Assembly: GCA_050246815.1 (NCBI GenBank)
Contig: JBFWVI010000016.1
Span: 1 to 60,361 of the forward strand
DNA: 60,361 nucleotides
DNA from: Bdellovibrionales bacterium
GTDB taxonomy: Bacteria; Bdellovibrionota; Bdellovibrionia; Bdellovibrionales; UBA1609
Reading direction: 5' to 3'
The translations under genes and the position numbers were made by a program. This document shows, piece after piece, positions 8,808-18,901 of the stretch (position 1 is its first letter; each line of letters begins with the position of its first letter). Under the pieces are notes generated by a model. That model had not been told where the DNA came from. It ran no database searches and saw nothing but the letters and a program-made list of their open reading frames with translations.

Positions 8808-9710
8808 ATGACGCCAGCTTTAAAAGTTGAAAATTTGGTTAAGGACTATGGTCGCTTGCGCGCGGTGAACCATGTCTCATTTGAAGTCGCGCCCGGCGAA
8901 ATTTTCGGTTTACTGGGGCCGAACGGGGCCGGTAAGACCTCGATTATTTCAGTGATCGTGACGCTTGAAAAAGCCTCAACCGGCAAGGCCAGCGTGTTTG
9001 GTCATGACGTGGTGACAGATGCGCGCCAGGCAAAGGTTTGCACCGGACTGGTGCCACAAGAGATCATTAACCACGGCTTTTTTTCGGTGGAAGAGGTTTT
9101 GCATTTTATCTCAGGATTTTTTGGCCGTCGTCATAATCGCGAACGTATTGATTATCTGCTGCATCGTCTGGCGCTTTGGGATCACAAGCACAAAAAGGTC
9201 AAAGAACTCAGTGGCGGCATGAAGCGCCGGCTGATGATTGCAAAAGCTTTGGTTCATCAGCCCAAACTTTTGTTACTGGATGAGCCCACCGCCGGAGTTG
9301 ATATCGAGCTGCGTGCGACTTTGTGGGAATTCGTCAAGGACTTAAAAAAAGAAGGGGTGTCGATTTTGCTGACCACCCACTATTTGGAAGAGGCCGAACA
9401 TCTTTGTGATCGGGTGGCGATCCTGCATAAGGGCCAAATATTAAAAAGTGGTCTGACCCGGGAATTGGTGCGCGATTTAACCACACGAACAGTGCGTTTT
9501 GAGCTCAAGCAGACTTTGACTCCTATTTCACATCCTCTTTTGGTCAATCAAAGTCAAACCCAGTGGGAATTTTGCCTGCCTTCGGCCATGGGGGTTGGGG
9601 AACTTTTGGCCTCACTGAGATTGGATCCCCGGATGGTTCAAGATATTCAGATTATCGAGGGTGATTTGGAAGACGCATTTCGCCGCATCGTCAAAGAGGG
9701 ACAGGTATGA
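8808..9710 (+). CDS. ABC-2 type transporter ATP-binding protein (YadG-like)
   Basis: GPNGAGKT Walker A, LSGGMKRR signature, LLLDEPT Walker B, TTHY H-loop. Confidence 0.92.
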   Translation: MTPALKVENLVKDYGRLRAVNHVSFEVAPGEIFGLLGPNGAGKTSIISVIVTLEKASTGKASVFGHDVVTDARQAKVCTGLVPQEIINHGFFSVEEVLHFISGFFGRRHNRERIDYLLHRLALWDHKHKKVKELSGGMKRRLMIAKALVHQPKLLLLDEPTAGVDIELRATLWEFVKDLKKEGVSILLTTHYLEEAEHLCDRVAILHKGQILKSGLTRELVRDLTTRTVRFELKQTLTPISHPLLVNQSQTQWEFCLPSAMGVGELLASLRLDPRMVQDIQIIEGDLEDAFRRIVKEGQV

Positions 9711-10504
9711 ACAGCAGTATCGATCTTCGTTGGGCTCCTTTTTTGACGGTGCTTGAACGTGAAATCAGGCGTTTTTTAAAAGTCATCGTGCAGACATTGC
9801 TGACGCCGATGATCAATGCGGTTTTGTATCTGATGATTTTCGGTGTCAGTTTGGGCAATCACATCGACATCGGCCATGGGGTCAGTTATCTGTCGTTTTT
9901 GATTCCAGGCCTGATCATGATGGGCTGCCTGAACAATGCCTTTCAAAATTCTTCAAGCTCCATTATCACGGCTAAATTTGGTGGAGACCTTGAGGATTTT
10001 CGTGTTTCCCCCCTGACTCACGCCCAGATTGTGTGGGCGATGAGCGTGGGTGGGGTTATTCGGGGGTTGGCGGTTGGCTTTTTGACCTTTGTGACGGGTG
10101 CGGTGTTCTTGCGTGTGGTGGAGGGGCAGTGGCCACAAATTGCCCATCCGTTTGTGCTGGCGACATTTTTGATTTTGGGTGGGCTGGCATTCGCGAAGAT
10201 GGGAATTTTTATCGCCTTTTGGGCCCGCACTTTTGATCAATTGAGTGCGGTGACCGGCTTTTTGCTTTTACCGCTGATTTATTTAGGGGGCGTGTTCTTT
10301 TCTCTGCAAGGCTTACACCCCTGGTGGCAAAAGGTGGCGGTGCTCAACCCGCTGCTTTACCTGATCAATGGGGTGCGCTATGGCTTTTTGGGTGTCAGCG
10401 ACGTGCCGGTTGAAGCCTCAATGGGTGTGGCTGTGGCGACGGTCTTGATATTTCATGTGTTGGCTTTAAGAAGTCTTAAAACTGGATCGTTTTTGCGGTG
10501 GTAG
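9707..10504 (+). CDS. ABC-2 type transporter permease (YadH-like)
   Basis: REIRRF...QTL, YL.FLIPGL.MM, LGGVF, NPL.Y.ING.RYGFLG motifs; six hydrophobic segments. Confidence 0.9.
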   Translation: MNSSIDLRWAPFLTVLEREIRRFLKVIVQTLLTPMINAVLYLMIFGVSLGNHIDIGHGVSYLSFLIPGLIMMGCLNNAFQNSSSSIITAKFGGDLEDFRVSPLTHAQIVWAMSVGGVIRGLAVGFLTFVTGAVFLRVVEGQWPQIAHPFVLATFLILGGLAFAKMGIFIAFWARTFDQLSAVTGFLLLPLIYLGGVFFSLQGLHPWWQKVAVLNPLLYLINGVRYGFLGVSDVPVEASMGVAVATVLIFHVLALRSLKTGSFLRW

Positions 10505-10507
10505 AAG

Positions 10508-11851
10508 ATGTTTGATTCGCTCTCGGATAAATTGCTGGCTAGTCTTAAAAAAATCCGCGGTCAAAGCCGGATCAGCGAGAGCAATATCGAAGAGACCTTA
10601 AAAGAGATTCGTCTAAGCCTTTTAGAGGCCGACGTGAATTTCAAAGTGGTCAAAAGTTTTATCGATCGTGTGAAGGTTAAGGCCCTGGGCGCGGAAGTGT
10701 TGGGTTCAGTCACACCCGGACAACACTTCGTTAAGGTCGTGCACGATGAGCTGGTCACCACATTAGGCGGTGCGGCCACAGACTTGAACACCAAGGGAAA
10801 ACCTTCAGTGATTCTGCTGGTGGGTTTGCAAGGGGTTGGCAAAACCACCACCGCCGCCAAATTGGCGCTGCACATTCGGCAAAAGCTTAAAAAGAAGCCC
10901 GGTCTTGTGCCGGCGGACACCTATCGTCCGGCCGCCATGGATCAATTGAAGACCCTCGCACGAAACGCCGAACTGCCGGTTTATGATTCACAAAACACGC
11001 AAACCCCCGAACAAATCGTCACTGCGGCCAAAGCTTGGGCGCAAGATCAAATGATTGAAGTGGTGATCGTCGACACTGCAGGGCGCTTACAAATCGATGA
11101 CTCGTTGATGGGCGAACTGGAACGATTGAAGCAAATCTGGCCTCCCGATGAGATTTTGCTGGTTGCCGACGCGATGTTGGGTCAGCAGTCGGTCAACGTG
11201 GCCGAGGGGTTTCATGCGCGGTTAGGCTTGACCGGTTTGGTTTTGACCAAGGTGGATGGCGATGCGCGCGGTGGGGCGGCTTTAAGTATTCGCGAGACCG
11301 TGGGTGTGCCGATCAAGTTTTTGGGTGTGGGCGAAAAGGTCGCGGCACTTGAAGTTTTTCACCCGGATCGTTTGGCCAGCCGAATTTTAGACATGGGCGA
11401 CGTGCTGTCGCTGGTGGAAAAAGCCCAAGATGTCATCGATGAAAAAACCGCCAAAGAATCGGCCAAAAAAATGGCCCGCGGCAGCTTCACCATGGAAGAT
11501 TTTTTAAGCCAAATGCAGATGATGAAAAAGCTGGGTGGTATGGAGTCTTTGCTTAAGATGATCCCCGGCATGGGCCAAGCCATGAAACAGCTTAAAGACC
11601 TTAAAAAGCCCGAAGAAGAAATGAAACGCATCGAAGCCATCATCCGCTCGATGACCCTGGAAGAGCGGGGCAACCATAAAGTTCTCAACGGTTCGCGCCG
11701 CTTAAGGATCGCCAAGGGCAGTGGAACCGAGGTCAAAGACGTCAATCGCCTGGTGCAGCAGTTCGAGCAAACCCAAAAAATGATGTCCCAGATGATGAAA
11801 ATGGGCCTTAAGGGTGGATTTAAGGGGTCCCGGTCACCATTTGGCTTTTAA
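10508..11851 (+). CDS. ffh: Signal recognition particle protein
   Basis: LLEADV, GLQGVGKTTT, DTAGR, TKVDGDARGG, RILDMGD; Met-rich M domain with SR..RIA.GSG. Confidence 0.98.
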   Translation: MFDSLSDKLLASLKKIRGQSRISESNIEETLKEIRLSLLEADVNFKVVKSFIDRVKVKALGAEVLGSVTPGQHFVKVVHDELVTTLGGAATDLNTKGKPSVILLVGLQGVGKTTTAAKLALHIRQKLKKKPGLVPADTYRPAAMDQLKTLARNAELPVYDSQNTQTPEQIVTAAKAWAQDQMIEVVIVDTAGRLQIDDSLMGELERLKQIWPPDEILLVADAMLGQQSVNVAEGFHARLGLTGLVLTKVDGDARGGAALSIRETVGVPIKFLGVGEKVAALEVFHPDRLASRILDMGDVLSLVEKAQDVIDEKTAKESAKKMARGSFTMEDFLSQMQMMKKLGGMESLLKMIPGMGQAMKQLKDLKKPEEEMKRIEAIIRSMTLEERGNHKVLNGSRRLRIAKGSGTEVKDVNRLVQQFEQTQKMMSQMMKMGLKGGFKGSRSPFGF

Positions 11852-11946
11852 GCCGTCGAAATCCATCCTTATTTTCTTGCCCTTAAGCGGCAAGTTCGAT
11901 AAACCCCTTAGGCTTTTCTGAGAAGATTTTAAGGAGTAAAAGGTCC

Positions 11947-12201
11947 ATGGTTGTGATTCGTCTTGCTCGATTTGGCGCTAAAAATTGCCCCCGTTATCGC
12001 ATCACAGTTGCGGATCACCGCCGTTGGGTGAAAGGGAAGTTCATCGAGGTCATCGGTCACTTCAATCCCACTCCGCGCGGCAAAGAAGTTGGCCTGACGT
12101 TGGATCTAGAAAAGGCCAACGACTGGATTAAAAAAGGCGCCCAACCGTCAGATACGGTTAAGACACTATTAAAAAAAGTCCAGGCTGCCCCTAAAGCCTA
12201 G
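11947..12201 (+). CDS. rpsP: 30S ribosomal protein S16
   Basis: MVVIRLARFG.K..P.YRI.VAD...G.FIE..G...GAQPSDTV; position after ffh. Confidence 0.97.
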   Translation: MVVIRLARFGAKNCPRYRITVADHRRWVKGKFIEVIGHFNPTPRGKEVGLTLDLEKANDWIKKGAQPSDTVKTLLKKVQAAPKA

Positions 12202-12280
12202 TTCTGTAGCGATAAACCCTTCTTTGGCCGTTCGACATCGGCTAAAATAAAGTTTAGTCAAATCTCTTGTGAGGTAAGCG

Positions 12281-12529
12281 ATGGACCATTCAAATAGCCT
12301 TAAAGATCTTGTGGAATTAATGGCCAAGTCCCTGGTGGATTATCCAGAAGAAGTCGAAGTGAATGAAATAATCGGTGAACAAACCACCGTCGTAGAACTG
12401 AAAGTGGCAAAAAAAGATTTGGGTAAAGTGATCGGCAAGCAAGGCCGTACCGCCAAATCGATGCGCACGATTTTGAACGCCGCCAGCACGAAGCTGCAAA
12501 AACGCAGCGTCTTAGAAATCGTCGAATAG
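12281..12529 (+). CDS. khpA: KH-domain RNA-binding protein
   Basis: LVD.PEEV and [13 protein letters not shown] motifs; position between rpsP and rimM. Confidence 0.95.
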   Translation: MDHSNSLKDLVELMAKSLVDYPEEVEVNEIIGEQTTVVELKVAKKDLGKVIGKQGRTAKSMRTILNAASTKLQKRSVLEIVE

Positions 12530-12562
12530 TTTTTAAGTTCTTTAGAATTTAAGACTTTGCTT

Positions 12563-12588
12563 AAAGGCCTCAAATTTGAGGCCTTTTT
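12563..12588 (+). terminator. Intrinsic terminator after khpA
   Basis: AAAGGCCTCAA..TTGAGGCCTTT hairpin followed by a T run. Confidence 0.75.
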
Positions 12589-12644
12589 CATTTCTAACGG
12601 CAAATTTGATGGACTCTAATTGTGCGCTGCATTATATGGATTGA

Positions 12645-13178
12645 ATGGCAGTGAATGAACAGGGCAACAATTGGCTTTCGGTGGGGCGCATTCGCGATGC
12701 CCATGGCATAAAGGGCGAGGTCTTTGTCGCCTTAAGGGCCAAACAGGCGGACTGGCTAGAAAGCTTAGAAGTCTTCAGGCTCAGTGGCCCGACCCAAACT
12801 CCAAAAGACTTTGAAGTGCTGGCGGCGCGCCCGCATAAAGATGGACTGATTGTGACTTTGGTGGATGTACAAGATCGCAATCAAGCTGAGGCCTTGCGTG
12901 GTTGTCGGGTCGAAATTCCCATGGAATATGTGATCGAGGAGGACGAAGAAGAGTCACTTTATTTGGGGCAATACTTGGGCCTGCAAGTGGTGGATCAAAC
13001 CTTGGGTGATTTGGGCCAGGTGGTCGATTTGGGTTCAAATGGACCGCAGGATCTGTTGGTGGTGCAAACGACAAAGGGCCGTTTTGAAATTCCCTTAGTT
13101 GAAGCGTTTATCGTCGAACTGAATCTTCAGGCAAAATTGATAAAAGTCGACCTACCTGAAGGATTGGTTGAGGTTTAA
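12645..13178 (+). CDS. rimM: Ribosome maturation factor RimM
   Basis: VG.I..AHGIKGEV, DRN.AEALRG and PRC-barrel IP.V..FI motifs. Confidence 0.95.
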   Translation: MAVNEQGNNWLSVGRIRDAHGIKGEVFVALRAKQADWLESLEVFRLSGPTQTPKDFEVLAARPHKDGLIVTLVDVQDRNQAEALRGCRVEIPMEYVIEEDEEESLYLGQYLGLQVVDQTLGDLGQVVDLGSNGPQDLLVVQTTKGRFEIPLVEAFIVELNLQAKLIKVDLPEGLVEV

Positions 13179-13183
13179 GCCGT

Positions 13184-13987
13184 ATGCGCTTTCAAGTTGT
13201 CACACTCTTTCCCGTTATGATTGAGCAGGCTCTCAAAGAGGGTGTGGTGGGGCAGGCCGTGAGCAGCGGGCAAGTGCAGGTCGCCACCGTCAACCCACGT
13301 GACTTCACCTGTGACGTCCATCATAGCGTGGATGATCGTCCGTTTGGCGGGGGGGATGGCATGGTGATGATGCTGGACCCTTTGTTAGAGGCCTTAAAAT
13401 CTTTAGGCGAGCAAAAGGGCCGGGTGGTTTATCTGTCTCCGCAAGGGCGTCGGTGGAACGACTCCTTGGCGCGCGAATGGGCCAAAAACGGCCAGCCCGT
13501 CACCCTGATTTGCGGACGTTATGCGGGTGTGGATCAGCGTTTTATCAATGCGCATGTGGACGAAGAAATTTCCATCGGTGATTACGTCTTAAGCGGCGGA
13601 GAGCTAGCCGCGCTGGTGATGATCGACACGGTTTCGCGATTGATGCCCGGGGTGCTGGGCAATCCAAAGTCCGCAGGTTCAGACAGCTTTGCTCAAGGGT
13701 TACTTGAAGGTCCGGTCTACACCCGCCCGCGCGAGCATGCCTTGGGTGCGGTGCCGGCCACTCTTTTAAGCGGCCACCATGCTAAAATTGAAACCTATCG
13801 CCAAGCTCTGGCCCTGGCATTGACCGCACTCAAGCGTCCGGATCTTTTACACAGTCTTTCCTTGGACGCCAAAGTCACATTGAAAAGCGTCCCAAAAGCT
13901 GCCGAACAGTTGTTGGCTTTACCTGAAGAAGAGCTTAAAAGCCTGGGCCTGAGCTCAGCTGAGCTTAAGTCTTTGTTGGAGATCTAA
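13184..13987 (+). CDS. trmD: tRNA (guanine37-N1)-methyltransferase
   Basis: TLFP, VDDRPFGGGDGM, LSPQG, CGRY.G.D.R, SIGDYVLSGGE, YTRP. Confidence 0.97.
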   Translation: MRFQVVTLFPVMIEQALKEGVVGQAVSSGQVQVATVNPRDFTCDVHHSVDDRPFGGGDGMVMMLDPLLEALKSLGEQKGRVVYLSPQGRRWNDSLAREWAKNGQPVTLICGRYAGVDQRFINAHVDEEISIGDYVLSGGELAALVMIDTVSRLMPGVLGNPKSAGSDSFAQGLLEGPVYTRPREHALGAVPATLLSGHHAKIETYRQALALALTALKRPDLLHSLSLDAKVTLKSVPKAAEQLLALPEEELKSLGLSSAELKSLLEI

Positions 13988-13988
13988 A

Positions 13989-14567
13989 ATGAATCCACGC
14001 GCTGAAATCCACGTGGCGCTTTTGCATTGGCCGGTTTTGGACCGGGCCGGCCACGTGGTGGTCACCAACGTGACCAACTTTGATATTCACGATATCGCGC
14101 GGGCTTCGCGCGTCTATGGGGTGGAACGCTATTATATCGTCAATCGCCTGCGGGAGCAGCTGATGACCGTCAGCCGCATTTTGGATCACTGGCGGGTGGG
14201 TTCGGGATCGAAGTACAACCCCAAACGCAAAACAGCCTTAGGTATGGTCAAGGTGGCAGAAACCCTACAAGACGTCTTAAAGGATGAATCTTGGACCACG
14301 CCCCCCTATGTGGTGACCACCACGGCTCGCCCGCGGCCCGGGCTTGAGACCATGACCTTTAAGGGGTTGCGTGAACGGATCGAAACCAAGCCCGAGCAGC
14401 CCATTTTATTGGTTTTTGGCACTGGTTTTGGCCTGCATGATGAGGTTTTTACCCAGTGTCATGCCACCTTGGAACCCATTAAAGGGGCCTCTAAGGACGA
14501 TTATCGCCATCTCTCGGTGCGCTCGGCAGTGAGCATCTGCCTTGACCGCCTACTGGGTGCATGGTAA
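13989..14567 (+). CDS. SPOUT-type RNA methyltransferase (Methyltrn_RNA_4 / DUF2168)
   Basis: H.PV, TN.DIHDIAR, FGTG.GL, HLSVRSA..I.LDRL motifs; adjacent to trmD. Confidence 0.88.
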   Translation: MNPRAEIHVALLHWPVLDRAGHVVVTNVTNFDIHDIARASRVYGVERYYIVNRLREQLMTVSRILDHWRVGSGSKYNPKRKTALGMVKVAETLQDVLKDESWTTPPYVVTTTARPRPGLETMTFKGLRERIETKPEQPILLVFGTGFGLHDEVFTQCHATLEPIKGASKDDYRHLSVRSAVSICLDRLLGAW

Positions 14568-14596
14568 CCGTCAACGTTCTTTCATGGAGTAAAGCA

Positions 14597-15022
14597 ATGG
14601 ACCTGGTTCGCAAAATCACAATGGCTCGTTTACCCAAGCGTAAAATTCCGCAGCTTCGCACCGGCGACACCGTCGGCGTGTATGTGAAAGTCAAAGAGGG
14701 TGAAAAAGAGCGCGTTCAGCTTTTCACCGGTGTGGTTTTGAAAACCCAAGGCACAGGCTCTGGCGCCACCTTCACCGTTCGCAAGATGTCGAGCGGCGTT
14801 GGCGTGGAAAGAACCTTCCCGCATTTTTCACCGGCCATTGATCGCGTCGAAGTGATCAGCCGTGGTGATGTGCGTCGTTCGCGTCTGTACTATTTGCGCG
14901 GCTTGAAAGGTCGCGCGGCTCGCGTGGATTCGAGTATCTACGTTGAAGGCCCGGCGGATGCCGTAGGTGCTGCGGATGAAGTGGTTGTGGCAGAAGCTCC
15001 TGCTGCGGCTCCTAAAGCCTAA
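14597..15022 (+). CDS. rplS: 50S ribosomal protein L19
   Basis: GDTV...[16 protein letters not shown]...GVGVER.FP, G.VRR..LYYLR; GGAG RBS before ATG 14597. Confidence 0.97.
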   Translation: MDLVRKITMARLPKRKIPQLRTGDTVGVYVKVKEGEKERVQLFTGVVLKTQGTGSGATFTVRKMSSGVGVERTFPHFSPAIDRVEVISRGDVRRSRLYYLRGLKGRAARVDSSIYVEGPADAVGAADEVVVAEAPAAAPKA

Positions 15023-15081
15023 AATTTTCCTGTCCTCATTTAGCATCTCGATTTTTCATCAGCGCTTTGGGGGAGGCCTTC

Positions 15082-15693
15082 GTGAAATTTGATCCGTTCA
15101 ATTGGCGGGATGTTCAACCTGGTCCTGTGATCGGCGTTGATGAAGTCGGTCGTGGCTGTTTGGCTGGCCCCGTCTATGCGGCGGCTGTGATTTTAGACCC
15201 TGCCCGTCCTTATACCCACTTCACGGATTCGAAACTTTTGTCCGCCATTCGGCGCGAACAGATGGCCAAAGAAATTCGCACGCATCATCAGGTGGGCCTT
15301 GGTTTTGCCACTGTCTTAGAAATTGATCAGATGAACATCCTGCAGGCTGCGCTGCTTGCGATGAAGCGGGCGGTGCAGAATTTGGGCGTAACCTGCGGTC
15401 ATCTTTTGGTCGACGGCAATATCAAAGTTCCCGGCCTGCCCGCCTTTGCTCAAACCACATTGATCAAAGGGGATTTGCGGGCGCATCCGATTGGTGCGGC
15501 CTCGATTGTCGCCAAAGTGACCCGCGACCAACGATTGACCGAACTTGAGGAGCTTTACCCTGAGTACGGATTCGCGAAACACAAAGGCTATTCGACCGTG
15601 GTCCACAAGGCGGCCATCGCGCGTCTTGGACCCTGCCCCGAACATCGCCGCACCTTCGCCGGAGTCAAAGAACACTGCACCGTCCGCATTTGA
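15082..15693 (+). CDS. rnhB: Ribonuclease HII
   Basis: [46 protein letters not shown] before GTG 15082. Confidence 0.96.
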   Translation: MKFDPFNWRDVQPGPVIGVDEVGRGCLAGPVYAAAVILDPARPYTHFTDSKLLSAIRREQMAKEIRTHHQVGLGFATVLEIDQMNILQAALLAMKRAVQNLGVTCGHLLVDGNIKVPGLPAFAQTTLIKGDLRAHPIGAASIVAKVTRDQRLTELEELYPEYGFAKHKGYSTVVHKAAIARLGPCPEHRRTFAGVKEHCTVRI

Positions 15694-16030
15694 CCGCGGT
15701 CAAATCTGCGAGCAGTGGGTGGTTGAATATCTTGAGCATAAAAACTTAAAAATATTGGGTCGGCGTTTAAAAATATTCGGCGTCGAAATCGATGTGATCG
15801 CGCGTAACTCGTGTGGCGTTTTGGTTTTGGTGGAAGTGAAGTCACTGCAACGTGGTGAGTGGCTGGAAAATCGTCTGAGCCTTCGTCAATTGCAGCGCTT
15901 GCGCCGTGTGGCCCAGGCTCTCGCCGAAGGAGTGCCTTGGCTTGGAAGCCAGGGGCCACGCGAAGTGGAATTGTGGCTGGCTTTGGTCGGCGAAACAAAG
16001 GCTTCCGTCCAGGTCTTTTTTGATTTGTGA
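15689..16030 (+). CDS. yraN: YraN/UPF0102 family putative endonuclease (start codon unclear)
   Basis: G...E.....YL...L.IL.R, EID.IA, L..VEVK motifs; position after rnhB. The start given is the approximate domain start, not a start codon. Confidence 0.75.
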   Translation, partial: FDRGQICEQWVVEYLEHKNLKILGRRLKIFGVEIDVIARNSCGVLVLVEVKSLQRGEWLENRLSLRQLQRLRRVAQALAEGVPWLGSQGPREVELWLALVGETKASVQVFFDL

Positions 16031-16470
16031 TGACGAAAGTCTGCTTTTTCAGGGATAATGGCTGCATGGGTGGATTTCGTCGCTGGCTTTTCGTTGCCAT
16101 TTTGGTCACAAGTTTTATCGCACCTCAGGCGCGGGCGGATTCCAGCATGCGTGAGTTTGTCATGAGCTGCACCTACGGCGTACTGGCGGGAACTTTAGTT
16201 GGTGCAGCACTTTTGGCCTTTACCGATCAACCCGGTGAAAACTTAAGCAAAGTAGCACGTGGAGCTTCGCTTGGGCTTTACACGGGGATCCTGCTTGGCT
16301 TTTATGTGGTCTATGGAGTGTCCGAACCTGAAGATCCCTCACTGCTGAATGGGCCTTCGGAAGGGTGGCGGGCGAAGGAGTTGCCTTACTTGTGGGCGGT
16401 GACGCCGACCTTTTCGACGCAGGGACGAGTGGATGGTGCCGCGATGCTGGGTGAAGTCTATCGCTTCTGA
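16027..16470 (+). CDS. Hypothetical membrane or exported protein
   Basis: Signal peptide ending ARA-D; two Gly-rich hydrophobic helices; C-terminal YRF. Confidence 0.7.
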   Translation: MMTKVCFFRDNGCMGGFRRWLFVAILVTSFIAPQARADSSMREFVMSCTYGVLAGTLVGAALLAFTDQPGENLSKVARGASLGLYTGILLGFYVVYGVSEPEDPSLLNGPSEGWRAKELPYLWAVTPTFSTQGRVDGAAMLGEVYRF

Positions 16471-16481
16471 TCAGATGGTTT

Positions 16482-18836
16482 TTAGTTGATTTTCTTGACC
16501 TGCTCGCCACCAAAATCAAATGACATATTGAAACGGAGTTCCGGTTCGCCGCCGATCACCTGTCGGTGGCCGAAGCGCACCGTCCAGCAGTTACCCGGTG
16601 GTTTTAGGTCGACCACGTATTGCCATGACAAGATTTTGTCCGACACCGCCGAATAATCGATCTGGCCGCCCAGGTCAAAAAAGCGAGATTTGTAGCCCAG
16701 GCCGCCACCGATGTTTTCTGTTTGGTTGCGGCTGGTGACCACGTTGTCTTCATTCACCAAATAGATTCTTTCGTAAGAGGCTTGCAAGTAGTTGCCGCGG
16801 TCATTGAGCAGGCGAATCCGAGCCGAGGTGTCGGTGATTTTGGCGTAAGGGTTGTACGACATGTCGGTGTAAGTTTCGAAATTCTTCAAACGCATATTTA
16901 AAATACCATTGATTGGTGACCATGGTTGCGGTTTGTCTGTGGTGGCTTCGTTAAAATCGTAAGATTGCGAGATACGAAAGTTCATGATGCGATCATAATC
17001 AGGAAAACCTTCGCGCCAAATTTTGCGGATGATGCGATTGGTGATAGCGAGTTCCACCAAACGGCGATCGAAGACGCGATCATTGTAATCAAATTGCACG
17101 CCGTTTTTACCATAGATATCCGCGTCGCTGATCGGGGTGTGAGTGCGGGAGTATCTTTGCCCAGCGAATTCACCAAAGAAGGCGTGATCGGAACGGCGCA
17201 TCCATGGGATGGTTGAAAAAGTGATTTCAGGTTCGACTTCATGTTTGATTCGCTGGCTTTGCTGTTCAGTCATTTGTCCATAGACATGCGAAAAATTTGT
17301 GCGCAAAACCATTTCGGTTTCAACATAACGCTGGGCCGCTGTTTGCGAGTAATTATCTTCGGAAGCCACTTCTTGCATTTGAAAGCGGTACTGGGTTTCA
17401 CGAAAGGCCACTTGCGGGATCACATCAATCGTTTTGAAAATGCGAAATGGCATAGCAATGGTTGGGCGAATATCCAAACGTTGGCCGGTGCGGATCAAGT
17501 CTCTTCGCCCTCCGCCGGTGGACACGTCAAATTCCCCGTCGCGGCGGATTTCACCTTTGTCTCCCACAGTGGAGCAAAAGATGAGGCCAAAACACGGAGC
17601 GCCGGGTGGATCTGCAAAAACTCCTGTGGCTGACATGTCATCATAGGAAAATTCAGCGCGGGTGAAATTGTTGTAGTTGGCGTCCATGCGAAACAAAATG
17701 GGTGAACCCAAAATACTTTTTTCGGATACCGAATAGCGGATTTCCGGAAAACGGTGGACGGCGTCGTTGTTCGGCGCCAAAGGATAGGCTTTAAGCAGAT
17801 TGACGTGGTGGGAAGCCTCGATGCTTAAATGTTGGCCCGCAAAATTTTTAGTGAGTGAAATTCGATTTTCAAGGGCGGGATCGCCGTGGCCCAATATTTC
17901 GTCAGGGAAATCTCGCAAGTACCTGAGGTCGGAAACCTGCTTCACCCAGGTGCGTTGCACAAAATTTTCGGGCAATTGATAGTAGTGTTGATAGTTAAAA
18001 AACCAGCGGTCAATGTCTTGAGACAAGCCAAACTCACGGTTCACGGCGCGGTCTTGCATATAGGCGCCTTGCATTTGGCCGCGGCTCAAGTCACTTAAAA
18101 CATAGCGGTATTCGCTGAGGGCTTTGATGCCGCGCAGTTCGTAGTATTTGGCGGTCACGGTTAGGTCTTGGGAGGGATTGATCGCCCAAAAAAAGCTTTC
18201 TGAGAAGGCCAAACCGCCAGTTCGCGAGTAGTCCAAGGAAGGCACCAAAATCCCGGATTGTCGCGCGCTTTTAAGCGGTACCAAAATACCAGGCAAAATC
18301 ACAACAGGCACGCCACCCACGCGCAAAATCGGGCGTTTGATGCGAGCATAGCCGCCCAGCTCGGCTTCAATTTGTTGGCCAGAAAAGCTCCAAGCGGCGG
18401 GGCACGAGGCACACGCGGTGTACTTGGCTTCGGTCGCCACGAAGGTGTTGGGACCGGTTTTGCGGATTTGTTTGCCTTCAAACACCACTTGCCCGGATTG
18501 GATAAAGCCGTCGTCTAGATTGGCAGTGTCATTATTGTAATTCAGGGTTAGGCGAGTGGCCTCGGCATAAGCGTTTTCACTTTGTAGGCGCACGTGGCCT
18601 TCGGCCTCGATACGCTGATTTTTGTAGTCGATCATGGCTCTATCGCAAGACAAATGCTGACCGCGAAACACAAACTGAACATTGCCGCGCAAGTAGGTGG
18701 TTTTGGTTTTAAAATCGGCGCTCATTTGGTCTGCATTGACGATCACGCCCGAGTCTTTGCCCATAGAGATTTGAGCCCAGGCAGGCTCAAAGCAAAATGC
18801 CAAAAAAAACAGCAGAAGAATGGGTGTTGTTTTCAC
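16482..18836 (-). CDS. lptD: LPS-assembly outer membrane protein LptD
   Basis: Signal peptide; OstA-like jelly-roll (AD.M, GNV, A.G.V); YT.C..C...W; R.SG.L.P; FFWAI...DLT; H..EP; CW near the C-terminus. Confidence 0.9.
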   Translation of the reverse strand: MKTTPILLLFFLAFCFEPAWAQISMGKDSGVIVNADQMSADFKTKTTYLRGNVQFVFRGQHLSCDRAMIDYKNQRIEAEGHVRLQSENAYAEATRLTLNYNNDTANLDDGFIQSGQVVFEGKQIRKTGPNTFVATEAKYTACASCPAAWSFSGQQIEAELGGYARIKRPILRVGGVPVVILPGILVPLKSARQSGILVPSLDYSRTGGLAFSESFFWAINPSQDLTVTAKYYELRGIKALSEYRYVLSDLSRGQMQGAYMQDRAVNREFGLSQDIDRWFFNYQHYYQLPENFVQRTWVKQVSDLRYLRDFPDEILGHGDPALENRISLTKNFAGQHLSIEASHHVNLLKAYPLAPNNDAVHRFPEIRYSVSEKSILGSPILFRMDANYNNFTRAEFSYDDMSATGVFADPPGAPCFGLIFCSTVGDKGEIRRDGEFDVSTGGGRRDLIRTGQRLDIRPTIAMPFRIFKTIDVIPQVAFRETQYRFQMQEVASEDNYSQTAAQRYVETEMVLRTNFSHVYGQMTEQQSQRIKHEVEPEITFSTIPWMRRSDHAFFGEFAGQRYSRTHTPISDADIYGKNGVQFDYNDRVFDRRLVELAITNRIIRKIWREGFPDYDRIMNFRISQSYDFNEATTDKPQPWSPINGILNMRLKNFETYTDMSYNPYAKITDTSARIRLLNDRGNYLQASYERIYLVNEDNVVTSRNQTENIGGGLGYKSRFFDLGGQIDYSAVSDKILSWQYVVDLKPPGNCWTVRFGHRQVIGGEPELRFNMSFDFGGEQVKKIN

Positions 18837-18901
18837 ACCCCTAGCATAGAAGCGTGACCCTTCAAGTCAAACGGCGCGCAGGGCGGCACGGAATGGAAAA
18901 G

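Noticed and set aside
10508..16030. ffh-to-yraN cluster as unusual
   Set aside because: This is a widely conserved gene order; only the rnhB-yraN junction is flagged.
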